From: an uncultured Acidimicrobiaceae bacterium
GTDB taxonomy: Bacteria; Actinomycetota; Acidimicrobiia; Spongiisociales; SHLN01
Length of the DNA stretch: 64,000 nucleotides
NCBI GenBank assembly: GCA_947259275.1
Contig: CAMYMH010000005.1
Span: 7,449 to 71,448, forward strand
Direction of reading: 5' to 3'
Positions 49,017 through 58,322 of this stretch are shown here, piece by piece. Position 1 is the stretch's first letter. Each line of letters begins with the position of its first letter. Under the pieces are notes generated by a model. It ran no database searches. It saw only the letters and a program-made list of their open reading frames with translations, and had not been told where the DNA came from. Both the position numbers and the translations under genes were made by a program.

Positions 49017-49978
49017 GCCCGCAGACCCGAGCGAATCCGATCGAGCAGATGCCGCTCCGCCTCCTCCACCGTCATGCGGAGCGCGTTGGCGATGGCGGTG
49101 CGTGACGACGACCCATGGGCGATGGTGACAACACCTTTTACCCCGAGCAATGAGGCTCCGCCGTATGACTCGGGGTGGAGCTTCTGGCGGAGCCCGGTCA
49201 AACGGGGCGCCAGCAGCTCCGCCAATTCGGGACGCTCGACCAGCACCTGCCCGAGTTCCTGCTTGATTGCCTCCATGACGAACCGGCTGGTTCCTTCGGA
49301 GGCCTTGAGTGCCACGTTGCCCGTGAAGCCGTCGGTGACGATGACATCCGGCTGGTCCGCAACGATGTCGTAGCCCTCGACGTTGCCGATGAAGTTGACC
49401 GGCGCCTTCTCGAGCGCGTCGAAGGCCGCCCGTTCGTGTTTACGACCCTTACCCGGTTCTTGGCCGATATTGAGCAGGCCGACGGTCGGGGTGGCGATGC
49501 CGAGCCGGGTCTCGGCGAGGGCGGCTCCCATGATGGCGAATTGAACGAGGTGCTCAGTCTTGACATCGGGGTTGGCGCCGGCGTCGAGAATGATCTTGCC
49601 CTTCTCGCCGGTCGGCACCAGCGCGGCAATGACGGGCCGGGAGACTCCCTTCATCCTGCCGATGATCATGGCGGAGGCGGCCAGCGCGGCCCCGGTCGAC
49701 CCGGCCGACACCAGGCCGTCGACCTCGCCGTCCGACACCAGCTGGGCCGCCACCGCGATGGACGACTTGCGTTTCTCGCGCAGAGCCTTGGCCGGGTCGT
49801 CGGCCATATCGATGACGTCCTCTGCATGGACGATGGGAACCCCGGCGTCAGCCACCAGCGGGGCCAGCTGGGCTTCATCGCCGACCAACACCACATCGAC
49901 CCCTGAATCCACGGCGCCGGCCACAGTCTCGACCGGAGCGTGATCGCCCCCCATGGCGTCAAGCGCTATCCGAGCCAT
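49013..49978 (-). CDS. plsX: phosphate acyltransferase PlsX
   Basis: MARIALDAMGGDHAP N-terminus. Confidence 0.92.
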   Translation of the reverse strand: MARIALDAMGGDHAPVETVAGAVDSGVDVVLVGDEAQLAPLVADAGVPIVHAEDVIDMADDPAKALREKRKSSIAVAAQLVSDGEVDGLVSAGSTGAALAASAMIIGRMKGVSRPVIAALVPTGEKGKIILDAGANPDVKTEHLVQFAIMGAALAETRLGIATPTVGLLNIGQEPGKGRKHERAAFDALEKAPVNFIGNVEGYDIVADQPDVIVTDGFTGNVALKASEGTSRFVMEAIKQELGQVLVERPELAELLAPRLTGLRQKLHPESYGGASLLGVKGVVTIAHGSSSRTAIANALRMTVEEAERHLLDRIRSGLRA

Positions 49979-49987
49979 GGCCGGAAC

Positions 49988-50170
49988 CTACTCAGTCGTG
50001 TCGGCGAAGACCTCACGGCCGTTGTACGAGCCACACTCAGGGCAGACGCGATGTGGGAGCATCGCCGAGTTGCACTGCGGACAGGTTGTGGTGGTGGGCG
50101 CGGCCACTTTCCACATCGCCTTGCGGCGGCGCGTACGGGAACGGGACATCTTCTTCTTTGGTACCGCCAC
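49988..50170 (-). CDS. rpmF: 50S ribosomal protein L32
   Basis: MAVPKKKMSRSRTRRR with a CPQC...CPEC zinc ribbon. Confidence 0.93.
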   Translation of the reverse strand: MAVPKKKMSRSRTRRRKAMWKVAAPTTTTCPQCNSAMLPHRVCPECGSYNGREVFADTTE

Positions 50171-50185
50171 TGGCAGTTCCTTTCA

Positions 50186-50680
50186 TCAGTCGGAAAGCAG
50201 ATCCTTGAGACCGGCGAACGGAGAGCTCTCCGCTTCTTCGTGCCCCTGGCACGGGGCCGTATTCAAGTCGGCTCCGCACGATGCGCAAATACCCCGGCAG
50301 TCGACGCGACATACCGGAGCCAACGGAAGCGCCAGCACCGCCTCGTCGCGGATGGGCCCTTCGGTGTCGATCCAGTGCTCATCGACCCCGTACCCGTCTT
50401 CGTCCGGTTCCCGGCCGAAGAGCTGGCGGACCTCGATCTCGAAGGCTTCATCCCAATTCGTCAGGCAGCGATTGCAGGTCACCGCCACCGGAACCTGCGC
50501 CCGAACCACCATGTACACGCCGTCGGTCAGCCCCTCCAGCCGGCCGCGCACATGGACCGGACCCGTCACCCAGGCTTGGGCGACTTCGGCATCGAAGGCG
50601 CCGGTGAACTCCACCGACCGGGTTTCACCGGGATGGGTCAGCAAATCGCCAACATCGAGCAGGAAGGGGGTGCTGTGCAT
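50186..50680 (-). CDS. yceD: YceD/DUF177 family protein
   Basis: Conserved position upstream of rpmF. C-terminal Cys cluster (CRVDCRGICASCGADLN). Confidence 0.85.
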   Translation of the reverse strand: MHSTPFLLDVGDLLTHPGETRSVEFTGAFDAEVAQAWVTGPVHVRGRLEGLTDGVYMVVRAQVPVAVTCNRCLTNWDEAFEIEVRQLFGREPDEDGYGVDEHWIDTEGPIRDEAVLALPLAPVCRVDCRGICASCGADLNTAPCQGHEEAESSPFAGLKDLLSD

Positions 50681-50796
50681 AGAGATGGAGGATACGGACT
50701 ATCCAGCGTTCCCGAAGCGAGATGACCCCCTCACCCCTCGCCTTCGGCGTCTCGCTTCCGCCGGGGGGACCGACCCGACCCCGTAACATCGAGCAC

Positions 50797-51426
50797 ATGG
50801 ACCTCGATCCGATATCGCTTCGACTGCTCGGCTGTCTGATTGAGAAGGAGATGACGACTCCTGATTACTACCCGATGACGGTGAACGCTCTCACCGCCGC
50901 CGCCAACCAGAAGACGAACCGGGCACCCGTCGTGTCGTACACCGAGTCCGGCGTGCTCGATGGGATCAACGCGTTGCGCGAGCTCGGCCTGGTGCGGGCA
51001 GTCCGCTCCCCCGGTGGCCGGTCCGCCAAGTACAAGCACGCCCTCGATGACATCCTGGAGATCGACGGTGAACAAGCTGCCCTGCTGGCCGTCCTCATGC
51101 TGCGTGGTGAGCAGACCTCCGGCGAATTGCGCCTTCGGACGGAGCGGTATCACGATTTCGAGTCGGTGGCGGCTGCCGAGGAGGTGCTCGCCGGGCTCGA
51201 GCACCGCCAGCAGCCCCTGGCCGAACGCCTGGACCGGCGGCCGGGCGAGAAGGAGTCCCGTTACCGGCACCTGCTGGGCGAAGCGGGCTCGGAGGCTCAC
51301 GTCGAGACGGCGCACCCCGATTCGGCCACCACCCCCACACCCGATGCTGTCGACCAGCTCGGTGCCTTACGGGCAAGGGTCCAGGCCCTGGAAGAGCGGG
51401 TCACACAACTCGAGAACACCGACTAG
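50797..51426 (+). CDS. DUF480/YceH family protein
   Basis: MDLDPISLRLLGCLIEKEMTTPDYYPMTVNAL matches the UPF0502 N-terminus. The track ORF begins 25 codons upstream. Confidence 0.75.
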   Translation: MDLDPISLRLLGCLIEKEMTTPDYYPMTVNALTAAANQKTNRAPVVSYTESGVLDGINALRELGLVRAVRSPGGRSAKYKHALDDILEIDGEQAALLAVLMLRGEQTSGELRLRTERYHDFESVAAAEEVLAGLEHRQQPLAERLDRRPGEKESRYRHLLGEAGSEAHVETAHPDSATTPTPDAVDQLGALRARVQALEERVTQLENTD

Positions 51427-51635
51427 CACTCACAAAGCGCCCCGAGCCTGCACTCGGGATGGCCGGATCTAGAGCTGACCCGCGATGCTGGACGAAAAGG
51501 CTTGACGTCGCTATGCGCTATCCGAAAACGTGTAGCGCGACCCAGCTCGTCGACTCCGAGCCAACACCCGCGGACTCACCGGTGCGCCGCATCGTCGGCT
51601 GAGTGCCGAGCTCGCCGCCTCGCGGCGCGCCGGAG

Positions 51636-53378
51636 CTACGCGTCGGGCAGCCCGGCGAGTCTCAATGCATCGCTCAGGTGTTCCTGGTCCTCGGCCGATC
51701 GATACGTCTCGAATTGCTCGAGGAGTGCGATCGAGAGGCCGGGCAGTTCGTCGATTGCGGTCGCTACCTCGCGTTTGGCCTCGTCGAGTTTCCCGAGCCG
51801 GGCCAGAGTCGCCACCAGGTAGAGCCGGCTGATCACCGTGTGAGCCGGAGCGGCCTGCAGCACCTGCTCGGCCTCGTCATAGCGACGTGCCCCGAACAGA
51901 GCGGCTCCATGCATCCAGCTGTACCAGATCGGAGGGTTGGGATTGAGCTGCTTCGCCAGCTCCATCGATTCGACACCCTCCTCCGCCATCCCCAGCCGGT
52001 TGGCGGTAGACGCCCAATCTGCCCGGACGTCCGCCAGGCTGGGATTGAGCTTGAAGGCCCGGCGGTATTCAGCCTCAGTCCGCTCATACTGCCGGGAAGC
52101 CAGGCAGAGGTCGCCGAGCACCCAGTGGACCTCGGCATCGAGATCGTCGAGCTCGGCGGCCCGTTCGGCGTGTCGCCACCCCTCAGCGAGCGATGCCTCC
52201 GGGTTGTCGCCCCAGCCCCAAATCACGTCGAATAGCCAGGTCCAGGCCACCGCCGCATGGGCGCGGGCGAAAGCAGGCCGGCGCTCGAGCACATCTAGCA
52301 AGACTCGACGCGCCTCCAGATTGGTGTCGGGCATGAAGCGGTGCTTCAGCTCGAGCCCTCGCATGTATGCCTCGTAGTCGCCGAGCGACCCGGGATCCTG
52401 GGCCACCGTGCGCTTCTTGTCGCTCAAAACCAGGACGCCGTGGTATCCGCTGAGGTGGGCCACGATGTCCGCTGTGATCTCGTCGATGACGCCGAACACA
52501 TCCGTGATGCGACGGTCGTAATTGCGCGCCCACAGATGCCCACCGGTGGTGCCGTCGATCAGCTGAGCGGTGATGCGAGCTTGATCTCCCGCCCACCGCA
52601 CACTGCCCTCGAGGACATAACGCGCCCCGAGTGCCGCCGCGGCGGCTCGCACGTCCACATGAGTGTCCTTGTAGACGAAGGTCGAGTTGCGGGCAATCAC
52701 GAACAGGTCGTGACAGCGGGAAAGCCCGGTGATGAGGTCCTCGACCAGCCCATCGGCAAACGTCTCCCGCTCGGCATCACCGAGGTTTTCAAATGGAAGG
52801 ACGGCGATCGATGGCCGGTCGGGCCCGGTTTCAGTCCGCAGCGGCGGGAATTCGCTGTTGAGGCCTGCGACTGTCACTTGATAGAGGCGAGCCGGCCGGG
52901 TCAAGCCTCTCAGATGGTGATCGCCGAGGTCGCGGTATCCGACGTCGAGGGTGGTCCCGATCAGCTCCCTGGTTGCCGCCGAGACCAGGATCTGGCCTCC
53001 GTGGCCGGCCGCGGCGATACGAGCCGCGCAGTTGAGGGCGGGTCCGAGATAGTCACCCGCCTCGGGTTGGGCGGGCCCCGAGTGGACGCCCATGCGCACC
53101 ATGAGCCCGCCGATCTCCTCGGCCCACGGTTCCGCTTGCAGGCCGAACTGCGACTCGATGGCGGCGTTGACGGCCTCACCGGGATCGGCGAACGCCGCCA
53201 TGATCCCGTCACCCATCTTCTTGACGATTTGACCGTCGTGCGTTTCGATCGCCTTGCCCAGAATCGCGTCGTGACGGTGAATTGCCGACCCCATCGCGCT
53301 CCGAGCGCGGTCCCATTTGGCGGAACTAGCGACGACATCGGTGAACAAGAAGGTCACCACACCATGTGGAAGTGTCAT
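51636..53378 (-). CDS. class III adenylate/guanylate cyclase fused to BTAD-like and TPR regulatory domains
   Basis: The cyclase domain starts at MTLPHGVVTFLFTDVVASS and includes KKMGDGIMAAF. TPR-like helices lie at the C-terminus. A strong RBS (GGAGG) sits 5 nt upstream of the ATG at 53376-53378. Confidence 0.85.
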   Translation of the reverse strand: MTLPHGVVTFLFTDVVASSAKWDRARSAMGSAIHRHDAILGKAIETHDGQIVKKMGDGIMAAFADPGEAVNAAIESQFGLQAEPWAEEIGGLMVRMGVHSGPAQPEAGDYLGPALNCAARIAAAGHGGQILVSAATRELIGTTLDVGYRDLGDHHLRGLTRPARLYQVTVAGLNSEFPPLRTETGPDRPSIAVLPFENLGDAERETFADGLVEDLITGLSRCHDLFVIARNSTFVYKDTHVDVRAAAAALGARYVLEGSVRWAGDQARITAQLIDGTTGGHLWARNYDRRITDVFGVIDEITADIVAHLSGYHGVLVLSDKKRTVAQDPGSLGDYEAYMRGLELKHRFMPDTNLEARRVLLDVLERRPAFARAHAAVAWTWLFDVIWGWGDNPEASLAEGWRHAERAAELDDLDAEVHWVLGDLCLASRQYERTEAEYRRAFKLNPSLADVRADWASTANRLGMAEEGVESMELAKQLNPNPPIWYSWMHGAALFGARRYDEAEQVLQAAPAHTVISRLYLVATLARLGKLDEAKREVATAIDELPGLSIALLEQFETYRSAEDQEHLSDALRLAGLPDA

Positions 53379-53874
53379 GACACCTCCCCCTTTCTCCTCC
53401 AAGGAAGGCTCCGGATCGGTGATACAAGAGGGGTGGCTGCCCCGGCCGCAAGAAGATCGACACCTGGTCACTGAGCAGCCCACAAGGAGCCCCTCTTGGG
53501 GCCAAGGCAGCATCTCACCGTCGTTGCCGAATCGTCTAGAGGCGGAGGGCCCTATGCGAAGCGTGCGAGCCGTCGTGGGCGCGACAGTACCTGGGCGGGG
53601 GGTAGGGCTTGCCGCGAAATCGATAACACCAAGAAACGCATCGCACCTCCTGCTGGTTCACCGGCCGGCCATCTCGGGATGAGCGACCTCCTCGACGATG
53701 AAGGTACTTGAAGGCCGTCGCGGGGGCCAGGGGCATTCGCGAGTTGTTGCCGGCCCGGTCGGACGTCCCAATCGATGACCTTCGCCCGACCCCTTACCGA
53801 AGAGAGTCTCCGTTCTTGGGCCAGATCGCAGTGCCGCCCCCACATTCCGTCACTTCCTGTGCGGTCGTTTTCAG

Positions 53875-53894
53875 ACGGCACGATTGCCGTTTTC
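53875..53894 (+). terminator. intrinsic-terminator-like hairpin (acggca-cgat-tgccgt) followed by TTTT, 35 nt upstream of the amidase start
   Basis: Seen directly in the sequence. T-runs are rare in this 68% GC sequence. The orientation matches the downstream + strand gene. Confidence 0.4.
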
Positions 53895-53928
53895 GCTCAC
53901 ACCTCAGAGACCCTTGTAGCCTCGACGG

Positions 53929-55164
53929 GTGCACCGCCTCAGACTCCTGCTACCTCTTGCCCTGATCGCCGCCGCCTGCCAAGGCGACGTGGCAGAGCCG
54001 ACCGCTCCCGTGGCCACGTCCACGACCACCACCACTGTCGCTCCGACCACAACGACCACGACCACCACGACAACGACGACCCTTCCGCCAACTCCGACGA
54101 CGATTCCTTCTCAACCGGCAAAGGATGCGACCGCACCGGCACCGGATTCCACCGTTCCCGCCTCCGGCGAGGGCGCCGTCGTCATTGCCGCCGGAGGTGC
54201 CGACCTCTTCGAAAATCGCGACTCCTCCGAACCGTATGTCCGCGCCCACGAGGGCCTGCTGTTTCCCGTCGTCGGTCGCGACGGCGAATGGCTGGAGCTG
54301 CTCGACCACTGCGACGATCCGAGCTGGGTCCGGTTCGACGAGGTGGCGTTCACGCCCGCCCGCACCAACCAGCAATTAGTTGGCAGCGGGTTCGAATTCT
54401 CCAACGCCGTCCTGGTAATCGACCCGGGCCACGGAGGACCGAACATCGGCGCAGTCGGACCCACCGGCCTCATCGAGAAGGAAGTCAACCTCGACATCGC
54501 CCGGCGCACCCGCGACCTGCTGAAAACTCCCCACACCGTAGATTGGGAAACCGGCGAGATCCTCGATGGATTGGCCATCCCCCCGGCCGGACAGGTGTGG
54601 TTCACCAGGCCCGAAGGACCGGAGGGCGCCGACATCGAGGCCGGCCTCACCTTCAGGACGACCCTCGCCAACAGCCTGAACGCCCATGCGCTGGTTTCCA
54701 TCCACAACAACGCCGCCCCCGATGGCCCGTTCGACGGCCCGGGCAGCGAGGTGTATCACCAGGTCACCGACCTGAGATCAAAAAGACTGAGCGGTCTGAT
54801 ACTCGAAGAGATGCGCCGGGGGTTCTCAGCATTTGAAGCCGAGTGGGTAGGCGACGACGAGGCCGGGGCCAAGGTTCGGGTCAAGGAGAACGGCATGGAT
54901 GTGTACGGCATCCTCCGACAGTCGAAGGTACCGGCCGTCATCGCCGAAGGCGTCTATATCTCGAACGAGTCCGAGGAAGCACTTTTGGCCACGCCCGAGT
55001 TCCGTCAGGCCTACGCGGACGCCGTGTACCGGGCCCTGGTTCGTTACATGACCACCGACGATCGTGGATCCGGCTTCGTGGATACCGAGCCGTTCACAGC
55101 CGGAGGCCTCGGCTCGGGAGCCCCGGTCCAGGAGTGCACGGTGGCCGCCCAGCCCGAGGAGTGA
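53929..55164 (+). CDS. N-acetylmuramoyl-L-alanine amidase (Amidase_3) lipoprotein with a Thr-rich linker
   Basis: Lipobox LALIAAAC, poly-Thr linker, Amidase_3 motifs (VIDPGHGG...E...H). Confidence 0.85.
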   Translation: MHRLRLLLPLALIAAACQGDVAEPTAPVATSTTTTTVAPTTTTTTTTTTTTLPPTPTTIPSQPAKDATAPAPDSTVPASGEGAVVIAAGGADLFENRDSSEPYVRAHEGLLFPVVGRDGEWLELLDHCDDPSWVRFDEVAFTPARTNQQLVGSGFEFSNAVLVIDPGHGGPNIGAVGPTGLIEKEVNLDIARRTRDLLKTPHTVDWETGEILDGLAIPPAGQVWFTRPEGPEGADIEAGLTFRTTLANSLNAHALVSIHNNAAPDGPFDGPGSEVYHQVTDLRSKRLSGLILEEMRRGFSAFEAEWVGDDEAGAKVRVKENGMDVYGILRQSKVPAVIAEGVYISNESEEALLATPEFRQAYADAVYRALVRYMTTDDRGSGFVDTEPFTAGGLGSGAPVQECTVAAQPEE

Positions 55165-55212
55165 CCTGCTTTTCGTGTTCTCAGCCCGGTGAACCTCCCA
55201 TCGCCCCACCGG

Positions 55213-56751
55213 TCAATGCGAGGCAGGTTGCAGCCTGGACCCCTCCCCCAGCTTCATGCTCCCGAGCCGCGTCCAGGCCTGGGCGGCGCAGAACGGCACG
55301 CATTGGTGCTTCCCGCCGACAGTTCCGACATGGACGCAGCATTGGAGCAGCCGCTCCTCGATCAGAGTATTGACGTCCATGAACGGCTTAACGGTGATGC
55401 GTTTCACACGGGTAGCCACCAGCCGCCGAAGAGCATCGGGGTCTCTCACAGCCCGGCCCGCCAGGCGCACCAGCGTGGAGAGGCCCAGGTCGCAACGCCG
55501 CAGCACAACATCAAACAGGTCGCTGATCTTCGGGTGGGTGAGGGATGAGCGCTCGCTAAACAAGCCGTGCAACGACTCTTTGACAAGCACCCGCAGGTCG
55601 GCGTCGAGGGCAGGATGCACGATGCAATTGCCCACCAGGCCCAGGTGATCCTGCAGCCGATCCTGGCCCAGCAGCCGGACGATGCTGGTCCAATCGCCGG
55701 CATCGGTTCGCACCATGTATCCGACGCTGGCGCAGTGCGGATGAGAACAAGGAAGGGCGATGAGGTCGTGAGCCGTCACGACACCGCCGGTCTGGGGTGC
55801 CAGGCGCCGGAGGACACCGGTGTTGGTGAGACGGTCGAGAGGATCGATTCGCTCGTACCTTCCCGACCCGAAGACGGGTTGAACGGCGACCCCACCAACG
55901 AAGGGGGTCTCGAGAGCGAAGCGGACCACCCGCCCGATCTCATGGTCATTGACCCCGAGGGCGGCCGTCATCGTCAGTGTCGTGAATACCCCCGCCGCGG
56001 TGAGGCGATCGACCGCCGCCCGCTTCAAGCGACGCAGGTCGGCACCCCGATGGAAGCGGTAGGTCGCCTCCTCGAAACCGTCGAATTGGAGGTACACCTC
56101 GAGACGTGAACGATGCCGCTCCAGGAAGTTGAGCAGCTCGTGGTCGCGAGCCACCCGGACACCGTTTGTGTTCAGGATGAGCCGCACAATGTCGCGCTCC
56201 AGCAGCTGATCGATCAGCGAGAAGAGCTGGGGGTGGAGGGTCGGCTCACCGCCGCTGATCATCAACACGTCAAGCCGGCCGCCTTCGAGATTGAGGCGTT
56301 GATCGACGTTGGCGAGCACGTCTTCGACCGGGGCGACTCCGGTGAGCGCGGGGGACGAGCCGGCGTAGCAGGTAGGGCAGTTCAGGTCGCAGCGTTCGGT
56401 GATGTCCTCCAGCAGGATGCAGGTGTGCTGGATCTGGCCTGCACCAAGACCCCGCTCGTAGACGACCGGGATCGGATCGGTGTTGCCGGGTGCGTCCGGA
56501 GTGGACGGCTTGGTCGGGGCGGTCCATTGCTCCAGGTAGTCGAGGAGCTCAGCGTCCTCTTCGTAAAGCGTCACGATCGGGCCGTGGTCGGGGCAGGTTC
56601 GCAGCAGCCAGACCTTGCCTTCGGCCTCGGCCAGTTGCCCTGCCAAACGACGGACATCACGAAGGGGTCCCCCCGGGGAATCAATGTGGCAGGCGGGACA
56701 GAACGCGAACACCGAGCGCCGGATGCGATCGAATGTGAGCGGCGCGTTCAT
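55213..56751 (-). CDS. radical SAM enzyme of unknown specificity with an N-terminal Cys4 zinc-ribbon-like motif and a C-terminal Cys cluster
   Basis: CDLNCPTC (CxxxCxxC) at ~residue 120, with GGEPTLHP downstream. N-terminal CPAC...CPDH. C-terminal CCVHVG...CVPFC. Its stop overlaps the lgt start by 4 nt. Confidence 0.7.
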   Translation of the reverse strand: MNAPLTFDRIRRSVFAFCPACHIDSPGGPLRDVRRLAGQLAEAEGKVWLLRTCPDHGPIVTLYEEDAELLDYLEQWTAPTKPSTPDAPGNTDPIPVVYERGLGAGQIQHTCILLEDITERCDLNCPTCYAGSSPALTGVAPVEDVLANVDQRLNLEGGRLDVLMISGGEPTLHPQLFSLIDQLLERDIVRLILNTNGVRVARDHELLNFLERHRSRLEVYLQFDGFEEATYRFHRGADLRRLKRAAVDRLTAAGVFTTLTMTAALGVNDHEIGRVVRFALETPFVGGVAVQPVFGSGRYERIDPLDRLTNTGVLRRLAPQTGGVVTAHDLIALPCSHPHCASVGYMVRTDAGDWTSIVRLLGQDRLQDHLGLVGNCIVHPALDADLRVLVKESLHGLFSERSSLTHPKISDLFDVVLRRCDLGLSTLVRLAGRAVRDPDALRRLVATRVKRITVKPFMDVNTLIEERLLQCCVHVGTVGGKHQCVPFCAAQAWTRLGSMKLGEGSRLQPASH

Positions 56752-57563
56752 GAGATAGTCCGGGCCGCCATCGGCCGGATCGGCACCGGCGCCGGCCGGT
56801 AGGCGCGGTGGGCGAACTGACGGGCGAAGTAGGCGAACAGCACCGGCATGGTCGCCAGCAGGAAGATCTGCGACCCGGACAGCCCGAGTACGAACGTGTC
56901 GTTGCCGCGGACAAACTCGACGACGAACCGGAAAGTGCCGTAGACGATCAAGAAGACCTTGAACAGCTCACCGGGTACATCCACCCGCGGTCGCAGCCAG
57001 CGCAACAGCCCATACAGTGCGAGCAGTACCGCGATTTCGTAGAGGAAAGAAGGATGCAGGGGAACGCCCGACATGCACTGCGGGCAATCAGGGATCCGGG
57101 CCCCGACCTCGGGCGAAACAGTGATGCCCCACGGCAGCGAGGTCGGGGTCCCGATCGGCTCGGTCAGAAAGCACCCGACCCGGCCGACCGCAATCCCCAG
57201 CGCGACCGCCGGCGCGAAGAGATCTCCCGTTTTGTGCGGATAGCCAACCAGGCGCTTGGTGATGATGACACCGAGATAGGCCCCGGCCAGCCCGCCCAGA
57301 ACACTCTTGCCCCCGTGCAGCCACAGACCCACCAAACTGGGTTCGGGATCATCGACCAGGTAGCGCCAGCCTGCCCCGAGCTTGGCAAACACAGCACCCG
57401 AGACGAGCGAGCCGGCTGCAATCGTCCACAAGCGCGGATCTTGGAGGTTCCGCCGCCGGCCCTCCAGCCAGAACACGCCAACCGCAGCGCACACACCGAG
57501 GGCAACCAAGGCATCATGGGTCCCGATCTCGAGCGAACCCAATCGGGACAGAACCGGAAACAC
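56748..57563 (-). CDS. lgt: prolipoprotein diacylglyceryl transferase family protein
   Basis: Lgt signature blocks: HGGKSVLGGLAG, GRVGCF...EP.G, LHPSFLYE, FRFVVEFVRG. Start assigned to GTG 57561-57563, overlapping the upstream micro-ORF stop (TAGTG). The track ORF extends to 57641. Confidence 0.75.
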   Translation of the reverse strand: MFPVLSRLGSLEIGTHDALVALGVCAAVGVFWLEGRRRNLQDPRLWTIAAGSLVSGAVFAKLGAGWRYLVDDPEPSLVGLWLHGGKSVLGGLAGAYLGVIITKRLVGYPHKTGDLFAPAVALGIAVGRVGCFLTEPIGTPTSLPWGITVSPEVGARIPDCPQCMSGVPLHPSFLYEIAVLLALYGLLRWLRPRVDVPGELFKVFLIVYGTFRFVVEFVRGNDTFVLGLSGSQIFLLATMPVLFAYFARQFAHRAYRPAPVPIRPMAARTIS

Positions 57564-57676
57564 TAGAAACCCAGAACCCGGACGCAAACTCCCCCACCCA
57601 GGACAACGAGCGCGCCGACAACCAGCAATGCGATCACCCATCCGGGCAGTGACTTGCGGGGTGGTTGGTCATTCAT
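57563..57676 (-). CDS. 37-aa single-TM micropeptide
   Basis: MNDQPPRKSLPGWVIALLVVGALVVLGGGVCVRVLGF. The ATG is preceded by GGAAGGAGAAGG and overlaps the ICMT stop (ATGAATGA). Confidence 0.5.
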   Translation of the reverse strand: MNDQPPRKSLPGWVIALLVVGALVVLGGGVCVRVLGF

Positions 57677-58322
57677 GACCTTCTCCTTCCTTGAGTGAAA
57701 CGGGCCTTGGCCGGAGCATTTGCGGGCGGGGCCACCAGGCGGGCACGAGTCTCGAATACTCGGACCAGGCCGGTCCGAACTCGGCTGCCAACAACTGCTC
57801 TTCATGTCTTGCCTTGATGGTCAAGCCGAGTACGGAACAAACGGCGAACACCATCGCCCAGGTTCGATAGACGGCCAGCCCTCCCACGGCCGCCAGACCG
57901 ATGCCGGCGTACATCGGATGCCGCACATACCGGAACGGTCCTGCCGTAACGAGTTGATGGTTGGCATACAGCTCGGTACCCAGAGACGACGAGACGTTGT
58001 ACATCTCGCCGAGAGTGCGATGCCCCCATAAGTAGAGCACCCAACCGGCCGATCCCAACGCTGCTCCAACCACGAGGGCACCTAGTCGCAGCCAGCCGGT
58101 AGGCGTGCCGGGCAGCGGCCTCCACAAGACCACCCACACGGTGAAATAGGGCACCGCTATCAACAGATAGGATGTCAGGGCCCCGAACCTGGGAGCCAGA
58201 CCGAGCCCGCGTCCTGCCGCCCGCCGCCGGCCCCGGGCTGCGGCTCGACCGGCCACCATCCACGCCGACATCAGCCCGGCGACCCCTGCGATCCGGAGGG
58301 CGCGCTCGAGGATTTCAATCAT
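57669..58322 (-). CDS. isoprenylcysteine carboxyl methyltransferase (ICMT) / phospholipid methyltransferase family membrane protein
   Basis: Five or more TM helices and a C-terminal RHPMYAG...E motif typical of ICMT/PEMT. Start assigned at MIEILERAL. Confidence 0.7.
   Translation of the reverse strand: MIEILERALRIAGVAGLMSAWMVAGRAAARGRRRAAGRGLGLAPRFGALTSYLLIAVPYFTVWVVLWRPLPGTPTGWLRLGALVVGAALGSAGWVLYLWGHRTLGEMYNVSSSLGTELYANHQLVTAGPFRYVRHPMYAGIGLAAVGGLAVYRTWAMVFAVCSVLGLTIKARHEEQLLAAEFGPAWSEYSRLVPAWWPRPQMLRPRPVSLKEGEGHE

Noticed and set aside
51441-51458. Hairpin cccgag-cctgca-ctcggg after the DUF480 gene as a terminator
   Set aside because: No downstream T-tract, so the evidence is too weak to call.
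57563-57641. Longer Lgt start at the ATG at 57641 (track ORF)
   Set aside because: It would overlap the strongly RBS-supported 37-aa micro-ORF by 79 nt in another frame. The GTG at 57561-57563 gives a standard Lgt N-terminus and a TAGTG coupling overlap instead. This remains uncertain.
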